Below are positions 45,810-55,350 of a DNA stretch of 64,000 bases, piece after piece. Within the stretch, counting starts at the first letter, position 1, and the number at the start of each line of letters is the position of its first letter. The stretch is taken from NCBI GenBank assembly GCA_022563195.1, contig JADFNV010000006.1:12045-76044 (forward strand), given 5' to 3'. The position numbers and the translations under genes are program-made. This DNA comes from Pseudomonadota bacterium. Its GTDB lineage: Bacteria; Pseudomonadota; Gammaproteobacteria; Steroidobacterales; Woeseiaceae. The notes beneath the pieces are model-generated. The model was not told the DNA's origin. It did not search any database and saw nothing but the letters and a program-made list of their open reading frames with translations.

Positions 45810-46292
45810 ATGCCTTCTTTTGACGTGGTAAGTGACTTTGACGTTCACGAAGCGAGCAATGGCGTTGATCAGGCGAATCGCGAGGTCAATACACGATTCG
45901 ACTTCAAGGGCACCGGATCGAAATTCGAGCTCGACCAGCAGATCATCACATTGACAACGCAGTCCGATTTTCAACTCAAGCAAATGCTCGACATCCTGCG
46001 GCAGAAGCTTTCCAAGCGGGGCATCGATATCGGCTGCCTGGAGGAACAGGAAGCGCAGTTCAACGGCAGCGAAGCACGACAGACTGTGCTGATGCGCAAG
46101 GGCATCGAATCCGATCTGGCCAGAAAGCTCGTCAAGAAGATCAAAGGCAGCAAGCTAAAAGTGCAGACAGCCATTCAGGGCGACAAGCTGCGCGTCAGCG
46201 GCAAGAAACGCGATGATCTGCAGGCTGTGATCGCATTGCTCAAAGATGCCGATGTGAATCTGCCACTGCAGTACGAGAATTTCCGCGACTAG
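45810..46292 (+). CDS. yajQ: YajQ-family nucleotide / c-di-GMP-binding protein (UPF0234)
   Basis: 160 aa from the ATG at 45810 (MPSFDVVSDFDVHEASNGVDQANREVNTRFDFKG...). The ORF-track upstream extension from 45606 is Cys/Arg-rich and implausible. Confidence 0.9.
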   Translation: MPSFDVVSDFDVHEASNGVDQANREVNTRFDFKGTGSKFELDQQIITLTTQSDFQLKQMLDILRQKLSKRGIDIGCLEEQEAQFNGSEARQTVLMRKGIESDLARKLVKKIKGSKLKVQTAIQGDKLRVSGKKRDDLQAVIALLKDADVNLPLQYENFRD

Positions 46293-46317
46293 CACTGATA
46301 GTCGACGATCTGTATCG

Positions 46318-49059
46318 ATGAGTACCGGGGTACACAAGTCCTTGCGCCGTCAGGACATCATGTTCGAGGACAAGGATCAGGCCTTGCGTGGTGATGTGCA
46401 CAGGCTGGGCGCGATGGTCGGCGACCTGATTAAAGACCAGGGTGGTGAAGAGCTGTTCGATTTTGTCGAGAACGCCCGACTGCGCGCGATCAGGCGCCGC
46501 GAAGATAACGAAAAACCGGGCGAAGAGCTCGCTGCGCTTGTCGAGAATCTCGCGCCGAATTTTGCGCTACAGGTCATTCGCAGCTTCTCGACCTATTTCC
46601 AGATGGTCAACACGGCCGAAAAAGTTCATCGTATTCGGCGCCGTCGCGAGTACCTGCAGGAAACCGGTAACTATCAGCCGGGTGGTTTTGAGGACACGCT
46701 TGTCAAGCTCAAGGCATCGGGCATGGGCGTTGATGACCTTCAGAAACTGATGAACTCGCTGCACATTGAACCCGTCTTCACGGCCCATCCAACCGAGCCG
46801 ACACGGCGCACGATGCTGCGCAAAGAGCAGAATATCGTTCGCCACCTCATCGATCTGTTGAATCCGACGATGACCGCCCAGGAAACTCATGTCGCGTTGG
46901 AAAATATCCGCCTGCTGATTACGACCGGCTGGCAGACTAACGAACACCCTTCGGAGCAAATGACGGTCGCCGACGAACTGGAGCACGTACTGTTCTTCCT
47001 CACCGACGTACTGTATCGAGCGATGCCGCCGTTTTACGAAGACATCGAGAACGCGATCGTGCGTATTTACGGTGAAGAGGCCGCGCAATTCAATGTGCCG
47101 ATCCTGGTGCATTTCGCTTCCTGGGTTGGCGGCGACATGGACGGCAATCCCAATGTCAACGCGAAAACGATACGTGCCACGCTCGCGCGACAGCGATCGC
47201 TGATTCTGGATCTCTATTTCAACGAATGTGCATCACTCTCTTCGAAGCTCAGTCAGTCGACCAGTCGCATTGGTATCGATGACTCCATCACTACGAAGAT
47301 CGATGAGTATCAACACGTATTCCAGCCGGCTTATCACGAAGTCCCGGCTCGCCATCGCGATATGCCCTATCGGGTTTTATTGCGACTCATACAACAACGC
47401 CTGCAGTCGACCTATGACGATGATATTTTCCCTTACGAGAACGTCGGCCAGTTTCACAACGATATCCAGCTCATTGCTAACAGTCTTGAAAATAACTGTG
47501 GCGATCATGCCGGCATGTTCGCGGTCAATCGTCTTGTTCGGCGTATCGATACTTTCGGTTTTCACCTCGTCACGCTGGACGTGCGGCAGGATGCTGAGGT
47601 GCACCGCCGCGTCATCGGAGAATGCTTGGGCGACGATGACTGGCTCGATCGATCCGCCGAGGATCGTACCGCGCGAATCATCGAGGCAATCAGCAGCCGC
47701 GAAGGATTACCTGAAAATATCAGTACGCAGGCACGCAAAACAATTAGTGTGTTTCACGCGATCGCCTCGTGTCGCCGCAAGTACGGGCCCAGAGCCATCG
47801 GCCCATTCATCGTAAGTATGACGCAAGGTGCCGACGACATTCTGTCGGTCTTGTTGCTGGCGCAGTGGGGTGAACTGCATGATCGTCGCGGTGACGCGCC
47901 ACTCGACATTGCGCCATTGCTGGAAACGGTTGATGACCTCCACCGGGGCCCTCACATTCTCCAGTCACTCCTGTCGACCGACATATATCGCGAACATCTT
48001 GCCCGGCGAAACAATCGCCAAATGGTAATGATCGGTTATTCGGACAGCAATAAGGACGGCGGCCTTGCATCGGCGCGTTGGGCATTGCAGATCGCTCAGG
48101 AAACACTCGTCGAAACCGTTGCGGCCGAAGATGTCGAGCTAACATTGTTCCACGGCCGCGGCGGCACGATCAGTCGTGGTGGCAGCAAGACACACGTCGC
48201 CGTACTCGGTGCGCCACCGGGAACGGTTAACGGCCGACTGCGTGTCACCGAACAAGGTGAAATTATCAACGAGAAGTACGGCTTGAGAGGCATCGCCTTG
48301 CGTACACTCGAACAGGTCACGGGCTCGGTAGCGCTCGCGACGGCGATGCCCAGGCATCGTGGCAATGACTTGCCGGACTGGCACAAAATGATGGACGTCA
48401 TCGCTCACGAGAGCCGGCGCGCCTACCGCAAGCTCGTTTACGATACACCGGGCTTTTACGACTACTTCCGCAAGGCCACGCCTATCGATCTGATCGAGCG
48501 CATGCGCATCGGCTCACGACCATCGTCACGACGTTCGCAGTCGAGCATCGAAGATTTGCGTGCAATCCCCTGGGTATTCTCGTGGACGCAGGCGCGATGC
48601 ATGTTGCCGGGCTGGTACGGCCTTGGCACGGGGCTCGCCAAAGCCGCGGAACAATTTGACGAAAAACCGTTTCAGGCAATGTTCCTGGAATGGTACTTCA
48701 TGCGCGCCCTGACGGCCGATGTCGAGATGGTACTGGCCAAAGCCGATCTCCGCATAGCACGCCTCTACTCTGAATTGGCGGGCGAATTACACGACAAATT
48801 CTTTCCGCTTATCGAGAAGGAGTATGAGCTGACACGTGAGCTGATTCTTGACTATTCAGAGCATGATGCCTTGCTTGAGGGCGACCGCACCTTGCAACGT
48901 GCGATTATGCTGCGCAATCCCTATGTCGATCCGATGAGCCTGATGCAGATTGACCTGCTCGCACGCTGGCGAGAATCGGACTGTCAGGACGGGGAAGTAT
49001 TCGATGCGTTGCTCGCGAGTGTTAATGGCATCGCGCAAGGCTTACAGAACACGGGCTAA
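46318..49059 (+). CDS. ppc: Phosphoenolpyruvate carboxylase
   Basis: 913 aa with VFTAHPTEPTRRT, GYSDSNKDGG and the canonical C-terminal end GLQNTG. An alternative start lies at 46360. Confidence 0.95.
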   Translation: MSTGVHKSLRRQDIMFEDKDQALRGDVHRLGAMVGDLIKDQGGEELFDFVENARLRAIRRREDNEKPGEELAALVENLAPNFALQVIRSFSTYFQMVNTAEKVHRIRRRREYLQETGNYQPGGFEDTLVKLKASGMGVDDLQKLMNSLHIEPVFTAHPTEPTRRTMLRKEQNIVRHLIDLLNPTMTAQETHVALENIRLLITTGWQTNEHPSEQMTVADELEHVLFFLTDVLYRAMPPFYEDIENAIVRIYGEEAAQFNVPILVHFASWVGGDMDGNPNVNAKTIRATLARQRSLILDLYFNECASLSSKLSQSTSRIGIDDSITTKIDEYQHVFQPAYHEVPARHRDMPYRVLLRLIQQRLQSTYDDDIFPYENVGQFHNDIQLIANSLENNCGDHAGMFAVNRLVRRIDTFGFHLVTLDVRQDAEVHRRVIGECLGDDDWLDRSAEDRTARIIEAISSREGLPENISTQARKTISVFHAIASCRRKYGPRAIGPFIVSMTQGADDILSVLLLAQWGELHDRRGDAPLDIAPLLETVDDLHRGPHILQSLLSTDIYREHLARRNNRQMVMIGYSDSNKDGGLASARWALQIAQETLVETVAAEDVELTLFHGRGGTISRGGSKTHVAVLGAPPGTVNGRLRVTEQGEIINEKYGLRGIALRTLEQVTGSVALATAMPRHRGNDLPDWHKMMDVIAHESRRAYRKLVYDTPGFYDYFRKATPIDLIERMRIGSRPSSRRSQSSIEDLRAIPWVFSWTQARCMLPGWYGLGTGLAKAAEQFDEKPFQAMFLEWYFMRALTADVEMVLAKADLRIARLYSELAGELHDKFFPLIEKEYELTRELILDYSEHDALLEGDRTLQRAIMLRNPYVDPMSLMQIDLLARWRESDCQDGEVFDALLASVNGIAQGLQNTG

Positions 49060-49070
49060 TTACTTTTCAT

Positions 49071-49958
49071 ATGTACAGCTTTTGTCAAAAATTTCTGCTT
49101 GCCGCGATCGTGCTAGCCCTTGCGCCAGCCGGACTGTCAGCAGACTCACCAACAGCATTCGCTCGAGTCGCAGTCGATGCACAGAAAAAACCAACTGCCT
49201 TGCAACTCGCCATCGTTACTTACGTACCCCAAAGCGACAGCAGACAATACAGTGTTGACCTTGTTAGTGCGATACACGTTGGAGACGAAGCTTATTACGC
49301 GGAGCTAAATGACCGGTTCGAAAACTACGACGCATTACTTTACGAACTGATCGCCCCGAAAGACACAATCGTCGACCGAACCGCCGAAGAACGCGAGGGA
49401 TTCATTTCCAACGTTCAGCTTGTATTGAAAGGCGTGCTGGACCTGACGTTTCAGCTTGATGTAATCGATTACGACAAAGCCAATTTCGTGCATGCCGATC
49501 TCAGCCCGGCAGAGTTGTCGCTAAGCATGGACGAGCGCGACGAATCCTTGTACGTCTATTTTTGGCGCGTTTTCTACGCAACCATGGAGGAACATGCCAA
49601 AGACCCACTTGGCTTGCGCGACTGGCAAATATTGTCGGCCGTGTTGTCCGCGAACGACGATAACGCTATCAAAATCATGATGGCCTACGAAATGACTGAT
49701 CTAAAACAAATGCGCAAGATTCTTGGCGACGATTCAGATTCGGCTGTCATCGGCGCCCGCAACGAGCGCGCGATAGAAGTATTGCGGAGCACACTTGATA
49801 TGGGCACAGACAGGATGCGCATCGGCATATTTTATGGTGTGGCACATATGCCGGATCTCGAAGTACGACTGCTGAATGAACTGGGGCTGGTACGCCAACA
49901 AATCGTCTGGATCGACGCCTGGAAGCTGGGCCAGCAGCCCGTTGACGCCGCCCAATGA
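49071..49958 (+). CDS. Secreted hypothetical protein (weak TraB/GumN-like IHVGD motif)
   Basis: 295 aa with the signal peptide MYSFCQKFLLAAIVLALAPAGLSA. The segment LVSAIHVGDEAYY loosely recalls the TraB/GumN family. Confidence 0.4.
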   Translation: MYSFCQKFLLAAIVLALAPAGLSADSPTAFARVAVDAQKKPTALQLAIVTYVPQSDSRQYSVDLVSAIHVGDEAYYAELNDRFENYDALLYELIAPKDTIVDRTAEEREGFISNVQLVLKGVLDLTFQLDVIDYDKANFVHADLSPAELSLSMDERDESLYVYFWRVFYATMEEHAKDPLGLRDWQILSAVLSANDDNAIKIMMAYEMTDLKQMRKILGDDSDSAVIGARNERAIEVLRSTLDMGTDRMRIGIFYGVAHMPDLEVRLLNELGLVRQQIVWIDAWKLGQQPVDAAQ

Positions 49959-49974
49959 TCAGGCAGTTTGCCTC

Positions 49975-49990
49975 GCTGGGCTCCTACAGG
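49975..49990 (-). repeat. REP-like motif (GCTGGGCTCCTACAGG on the plus strand) overlapping the nitroreductase stop codon
   Basis: Read directly from the sequence. On the gene strand it reads ...ATC GAC CTG TAG GAGCCCAGC. Confidence 0.75.
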
Positions 49991-50658
49991 TCGATGAAGC
50001 TGGCGAACTCTTCCAGTTCCTTACGGGTGATGTCGGGTACCTGGGCATCATCCGCAGGGTAGCCCGTCACGAGTAAAAGGAACGGTCGCTCGCTCTTCGG
50101 CCTGTCGAGGATCTCGTTGAGGAACTTCATTGGGCTGGGTGTATGCGTCAGGCACACGAGTCCTGCGTGATGCAATGCGGTGATCAGGATTCCTGCCGCA
50201 AGCCCGGTCGACTCGGTCGGGTAGTAGTGCTTTACCTTGCGACCATCGGGAAGCACGCCGAATTTCTGTAAGAAGACGGCGATCAGGTATGGCGCCGTCT
50301 CGAGGAATGGTTTGTCTGAGTCCGTGCCTAACGGTGCAAGTGCGTCCAGCCACTCGGCCGTGGCGCGATGTTCGTAAAACTCGCGTTCCTCGACTTCTGC
50401 TGCTTCACGAATTTTCTTCTTTGTCTGCGGTCCGCTGATAACAACGAAATGCCAGGGCTGCAGGTTCGCGCCGCTCGGCGCTGTGCTCGCGGCTTTTAGT
50501 GCTGTCTCGATGATGTCTCGTGGCACGGGCCTGTCGGAGAACTCGCGAACCGTGCGCCGACGGTTTAAGTCGGCATAAAACTCCTCGAGCCGCTGCCGCA
50601 TTTCTTCAATCGGGTACTCGCGATAGTCCTTGAGTGGAATCGTCGGGTAGCTGCTCAC
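49984..50658 (-). CDS. Nitroreductase-family flavoprotein, iodotyrosine-deiodinase-like
   Basis: The sequence [68 protein letters not shown] fits this family. I prefer the GTG at 50658, which has the SD AAGGA 9 nt upstream and sits 17 nt after the ycgN stop. The ORF-track start at 50847 would overlap ycgN by about 170 nt. Confidence 0.75.
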   Translation of the reverse strand: MSSYPTIPLKDYREYPIEEMRQRLEEFYADLNRRRTVREFSDRPVPRDIIETALKAASTAPSGANLQPWHFVVISGPQTKKKIREAAEVEEREFYEHRATAEWLDALAPLGTDSDKPFLETAPYLIAVFLQKFGVLPDGRKVKHYYPTESTGLAAGILITALHHAGLVCLTHTPSPMKFLNEILDRPKSERPFLLLVTGYPADDAQVPDITRKELEEFASFIDL

Positions 50659-50675
50659 AGGTCTCAATCCTTTCG

Positions 50676-51113
50676 TCAGTCCGGGTCGTTCAGCCTTTGC
50701 AGCACAGTGTATTCGGTAGTGTCGTTTTCCGACACCATGTAACCGCGCATGGATATGCCAACCTCTTGCACAGACTCCGGCCTGCCGGTGATCAATGGAT
50801 GCCACTCTGGAAGATCCTGCCCATTGGCCAGGCGACGATAGGCGCAACTTGACGGCAACCAGCTGAATTCCTCAGTGCGATCGGCTGACAGCTTAAGGCA
50901 GTTCGTGACGATCTTTGTCCGATTGGCATAGTTGGTGCAGCGGCAGGTTTTGATGTCGAGCAATTTGCATGCGACATCGGTGTAGAAAACCTCGCCCGTG
51001 TCCTCGTCTTCGACTTTGTGCATGCAGCACAGCGCGCAACCATCACAAAGGCCTTCCCACTCCTGTATGTTCATCTCGGACAGTGTTTTATGTTTCCAGT
51101 ATTTGTCTTTCAT
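50676..51113 (-). CDS. ycgN: YcgN/UPF0260 Cys-cluster protein
   Basis: 145 aa from the ATG at 51113 ([29 protein letters not shown]...[14 protein letters not shown]). Confidence 0.85.
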   Translation of the reverse strand: MKDKYWKHKTLSEMNIQEWEGLCDGCALCCMHKVEDEDTGEVFYTDVACKLLDIKTCRCTNYANRTKIVTNCLKLSADRTEEFSWLPSSCAYRRLANGQDLPEWHPLITGRPESVQEVGISMRGYMVSENDTTEYTVLQRLNDPD

Positions 51114-51115
51114 CG

Positions 51116-51541
51116 TCAGGCGCCGATAATTTGCCTGGCCCATTGCACGACGGTGCGTACGCGCGGCGATGACAGGTCGTAAGCCTCGTCAAAGCTGACC
51201 CAGCGCCATTCATGATGCTCGGGGACACCTGTCTCGGGGGACGGACCCATGACGATGTCTACACAAGACGTCTTTCCCAGGTAGTAGCGCGCTGTCTTGC
51301 CGCGGCTGTACGGCCCCGTTTCTGTATAGCGTTCGCCCCAGTCGAAATCGATCTTTGTAATGCCCGTTTCCTCACCAACCTCTCGAATCGCAGCTTCAAG
51401 TGGTTGTTCGCCTGCTTCGCGCAAGCCCTTCGGAAAGTCCCAATTATGATAGGCGCGCAACATCAATGTCAGCCAGCCTGAGTCGGAGGTCCTGGCCAGC
51501 ACGATGCCACAGGACAGCGTTGTTGCTTCACTCGCACTCAT
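51116..51541 (-). CDS. NUDIX hydrolase
   Basis: 141 aa with the NUDIX box GLREAGEQPLEAAIREVGEETGI. Confidence 0.85.
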   Translation of the reverse strand: MSASEATTLSCGIVLARTSDSGWLTLMLRAYHNWDFPKGLREAGEQPLEAAIREVGEETGITKIDFDWGERYTETGPYSRGKTARYYLGKTSCVDIVMGPSPETGVPEHHEWRWVSFDEAYDLSSPRVRTVVQWARQIIGA

Positions 51542-54027
51542 GCTGTCCTCAGGACCTCAATAGGTGGTGCATTAATAGCGCCGCGCGCTGCGACAAAACC
51601 ACTGACACACACAAGCAGAACCCCCGCTCCGAGGCCGGCCGCCCACAGCAGCGGATTGAACTCATAAGGCAGTTCAAACAGTTGCACCGCAACGATTGCC
51701 GCCAGAATCGATGCCCCCGCCGACGCCAGAAGACCGGCAGCAATGCCAAGCACGGCAAACTCTGTCATGACCCCGGCAAACACCGTGCGCTTGCGCGCAC
51801 CCAGGGCGCGCAGTATCGCGCTCTCGAATCGTCGCTCATCGATAGTTGACTGCACGGCAGCGAACAACACGACAACTCCGGCCGCGAGTGTAAATACGAA
51901 GACTGCCTGTACCGCGAGGCTCGCCTTTTCAATGATGCCGCGGATCTGTTGCAGAATCGCGTCGATATCGATCACCGAGATACTAGGGTGTGTTCGTACG
52001 AGATTAATCAACACGGATTGTTGCTCTCGTTCCAGTCGCATACTCGAGATATAGGTCATTGGCATGCTGTCGAGCGCACCTGGCGACAGCACGATGAAGA
52101 AGTTCGGTTTGAACGAATCCCAGTTGATACTGCGCGTACTCGCGATCGTCACCTCGAGCTCACGACCTGCAATCACAAACACGATGCGATCACCGATGGC
52201 GAGTCCAGTATCGAACGCCGCCTCCTCTTCGATCGATGCCAGGGGTGGCCCGGCATAGTCTGCCGGCCACCACTCGCCATCAACGATTTCATTACTGGCC
52301 GATAGCGTTGCCCTCCACGACAGGTTTGCCTCGCGATTGGCGAGCCAGCTCCCGCCTGGATCGGGATAGCTGCGCGTCTTGACTGACTCGCCGTTGATCG
52401 TGGACATCCGCGCCCGCACGAGGGGTACGAATTCGGGCGTCGCTATCCCGGCCGAGTCGAATATCGCCGCCACCGAATCGAGTTCATGCGGCTGGATATT
52501 GATCATGAAATGATTCGGTGCGTCTTCGTCGATCGTCTTGCGCCAACCTTCGAGTAAATCCGTGCGCACGATGGTCAGCAATAACAAAACCGTCAGCCCG
52601 AGTCCAAATGCTACAACCTGAACGGCGCTGCTGCGACCCCGGCGTGCGACATTTGCGAGACCATAGCGCCACGCGACTCCAACTCCCGAGCGAAAGCGAC
52701 CCATTAACGCAACCAGGCCGCGCCCGACCAGGTACAGCGCCGCCGCGATGACGACAATACCGCCAAGCAGCACGACGAGCATGCGCGCATCACCAACCGA
52801 TCGATACAGCAATGCTGCAACGGCGGCGAGAGACAATCCCGTGACGAACAATCGAGACGATGCCGGCGGCATTATATCGTGGCGCAACACGCGCAGCGGC
52901 GGCGTATTGCGTAACTGTAAGAGTGAAGGCAGAGCGAAGCCGATAAGCAATACGAGCGCACTGCCACTGGCCAGGATGACCGGCATCGGCCCGGAATCAG
53001 GCAGGTCGGCAGCGATAATGTCGGAAAGAATCCATGACAGCACTTCTTCCGCCGCAAAGCCGACGCTGCTACCGGCAATGACACCGAGCACACCGAGCAT
53101 CATGAGCTGCAGTACGGCGACTGTAATGACAAAGCCCTGTGTCGCCCCAAGACTTTTCATCAGCGCGACCGTATCCATACGCCGGTGAGCGAAGCGCCGT
53201 GCTGACATCGCCACAGCAACCGCGCTGAGCAAGAGGCTTATAACAGCAGTCAACGACAAGAATCGCTGTGCGCGATCGGCCGCGTTGTACGCGCGCTCAC
53301 TACTCTCATCGCGATTTGATGCCCGCACCGAGTCGGGCAATTGGTCCTGTATCGCTTCGTTAAACCCGCTGATCGCGCTGTCATCGCCCGCGACGAGCAA
53401 TGCGTAGCCAACGCGGCTGCCCTCACCGATGAGTCCGGTTGCAGGAATATCGGCAATATTGACGAGCAGCGATGGCGCCAGCGACGCAAAACCGATTGAC
53501 TGGTCGGGCCTGTACGTCAGTACTGCGGATACGAGCATGTCTGATCCGCCGACCATGACTTCATCGCCGACATCGGCGCCAATCCTGGCCAACAGGGCGC
53601 CATCAGCCCACACCTCACCGCGCGGCGGTACGCCTTCGACTACGCGCTGTTCGCCGAATAGCGTATCCGAAATCCTGATCGCGCCCCGCAACGGATAGCT
53701 GTCACTAACAGCCTTGATTGTTGCCAGTGCGCTCAAATCACCTGCGAACACTACGCTTGGAAACGTCTGTGTCTCAGCTGTCTGCAGGCCGTACTCTACT
53801 GCCGTGGCACGCCAGGTGTCCGGGATGGGCTCCTGCGAGCGCAGACGGAGGTCGGCGGCCAGTACTTCGTTGGCCTGGCGCGCAACGGCCTTGCCTATGC
53901 GGTCCGTCAGGAACCCTACCGCCGTCAGCACGCCCACAGCCAGCGCTACCGCTGCCAGCAGCACCATGACTTCGCCCGATCGCAACTCGCGACCGAAGCT
54001 TCTTAGCGCAAACGTGATGGCTTTCAT
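51538..54027 (-). CDS. ybbP: ABC transporter permease with duplicated FtsX-like domains (YbbP-like)
   Basis: 829 aa with two 4-TM FtsX modules separated by large periplasmic loops. It overlaps the ATPase gene by 4 nt. Confidence 0.85.
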   Translation of the reverse strand: MKAITFALRSFGRELRSGEVMVLLAAVALAVGVLTAVGFLTDRIGKAVARQANEVLAADLRLRSQEPIPDTWRATAVEYGLQTAETQTFPSVVFAGDLSALATIKAVSDSYPLRGAIRISDTLFGEQRVVEGVPPRGEVWADGALLARIGADVGDEVMVGGSDMLVSAVLTYRPDQSIGFASLAPSLLVNIADIPATGLIGEGSRVGYALLVAGDDSAISGFNEAIQDQLPDSVRASNRDESSERAYNAADRAQRFLSLTAVISLLLSAVAVAMSARRFAHRRMDTVALMKSLGATQGFVITVAVLQLMMLGVLGVIAGSSVGFAAEEVLSWILSDIIAADLPDSGPMPVILASGSALVLLIGFALPSLLQLRNTPPLRVLRHDIMPPASSRLFVTGLSLAAVAALLYRSVGDARMLVVLLGGIVVIAAALYLVGRGLVALMGRFRSGVGVAWRYGLANVARRGRSSAVQVVAFGLGLTVLLLLTIVRTDLLEGWRKTIDEDAPNHFMINIQPHELDSVAAIFDSAGIATPEFVPLVRARMSTINGESVKTRSYPDPGGSWLANREANLSWRATLSASNEIVDGEWWPADYAGPPLASIEEEAAFDTGLAIGDRIVFVIAGRELEVTIASTRSINWDSFKPNFFIVLSPGALDSMPMTYISSMRLEREQQSVLINLVRTHPSISVIDIDAILQQIRGIIEKASLAVQAVFVFTLAAGVVVLFAAVQSTIDERRFESAILRALGARKRTVFAGVMTEFAVLGIAAGLLASAGASILAAIVAVQLFELPYEFNPLLWAAGLGAGVLLVCVSGFVAARGAINAPPIEVLRTA

Positions 54028-54731
54028 GCAGACACCGCACTATCGCTGACCAGGAGGCCGGCATCGAGACTGAGGATACGGTCGCAGCGCTCGGCGAGTG
54101 ACACGTTGTGCGTCACAAGGATGAGCGTTGTCGATGACGTATGGTTCAGTTCGAACATGAGGTCCATGATGTTCAATCCCGTGCGTGCATCGAGATTGCC
54201 AGTCGGCTCGTCGGCAAACAGCACTGCGGGTTCCGTCGCAAACGCACGTGCAATTGCGACGCGCTGTTTCTCTCCCCCGGACAATTGTGCCGGGTAGTGC
54301 CGCCAGCGATCGCTGAGACCCACCTCGTCGATGATCGCATGCGATGCCTCGCGCGCATTTGCAGCGCCTGCCAGCTCAAGTGGCAGCATGACGTTTTCCA
54401 GAGCATTCAGGGATGGTACGAGGTGAAACGATTGAAACACGAAGCCAACATTGTCGGCACGCAAGCGTGCACGGCCGTCCTCGTCAAGCTCGCCGAGATT
54501 TGAACCGTTCAATGTCACATGGCCTGTCGTCGGCAAATCCAACCCTGCCAGCAGCGCAAGCAACGTTGATTTTCCTGCACCGGAGGGCCCGACCACTGCG
54601 ACAGATTCACCCGCGGAGATGCGGAAACTGACCTCTGAAAGAATGGTCAGACCACCCTCGGGGCTGCTAACCTGTTTGCTTATTCCATGCGCTTGTAGAA
54701 CGGCTGTGTTATCGGGTGACTGAGTTTCCAT
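54024..54731 (-). CDS. ybbA: ABC transporter ATP-binding protein (YbbA-like)
   Basis: It has Walker A (GPSGAGKST), the ABC signature (LSGGEKQR) and Walker B (LFADEPT). I prefer the ATG at 54731 (METQSPDNTAVLQAHGISKQ...) by length comparison with family members. The ORF-track start at 54806 adds 25 atypical residues. Confidence 0.85.
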   Translation of the reverse strand: METQSPDNTAVLQAHGISKQVSSPEGGLTILSEVSFRISAGESVAVVGPSGAGKSTLLALLAGLDLPTTGHVTLNGSNLGELDEDGRARLRADNVGFVFQSFHLVPSLNALENVMLPLELAGAANAREASHAIIDEVGLSDRWRHYPAQLSGGEKQRVAIARAFATEPAVLFADEPTGNLDARTGLNIMDLMFELNHTSSTTLILVTHNVSLAERCDRILSLDAGLLVSDSAVSA

Positions 54732-55350
54732 GCGTCGATATCTTACCTTTGTCTTTTTGTTAGTAACTGCGACTGCACACGGTGCTGATGCCCCGACCGT
54801 GCTCATTTACGGCGACAGCCTTAGTGCAGGTTATGGTATGGAAGTTGACCAATCCTGGGTCGCTTTGTTGCAAACAAGGCTGCAAGGCCAAGGGTACGAA
54901 CATCGCGTGGTTAACGCCAGCATCACCGGCGAGACGACCGAGGGCGGCGCCGCGCGAATCGCGCAGGCTCTCAACACCTTCACGCCATCGCTGATTGTTC
55001 TCGAGCTCGGCGGCAACGACGGCCTGCGCGGCATTCCACCAAACCGGATGAAGGCTAACCTGCAGACGATCATCCAGTCCAGCAGGTCGGCCGGCGCCAC
55101 CGTCATACTACTTGGCATTCGCATTCCATCAAACTATGGGCCAAGGTACATCGAGGACTTCAATAATGTCTATCGTGAGCTGGCAAGCGAACTCAACCTG
55201 CCCTGGATCGAGTTTTTTATGCAGGGGGTTGCCTTGAACGATGAGCTCATGCAGGCTGACGGAATTCATCCCAATGCCGCCGCACAACCGCTATTGCTTG
55301 ATAATGCCTGGCCGATTATCAGCACGGCACTCACCTTAACGGAGCACTAG
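54730..55350 (+). CDS. tesA: SGNH arylesterase / acyl-CoA thioesterase I
   Basis: 206 aa with a signal peptide, the GDSLSAGYG block, the GGNDGLRG block and a C-terminal DGIHPN. Confidence 0.85.
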   Translation: MRRYLTFVFLLVTATAHGADAPTVLIYGDSLSAGYGMEVDQSWVALLQTRLQGQGYEHRVVNASITGETTEGGAARIAQALNTFTPSLIVLELGGNDGLRGIPPNRMKANLQTIIQSSRSAGATVILLGIRIPSNYGPRYIEDFNNVYRELASELNLPWIEFFMQGVALNDELMQADGIHPNAAAQPLLLDNAWPIISTALTLTEH

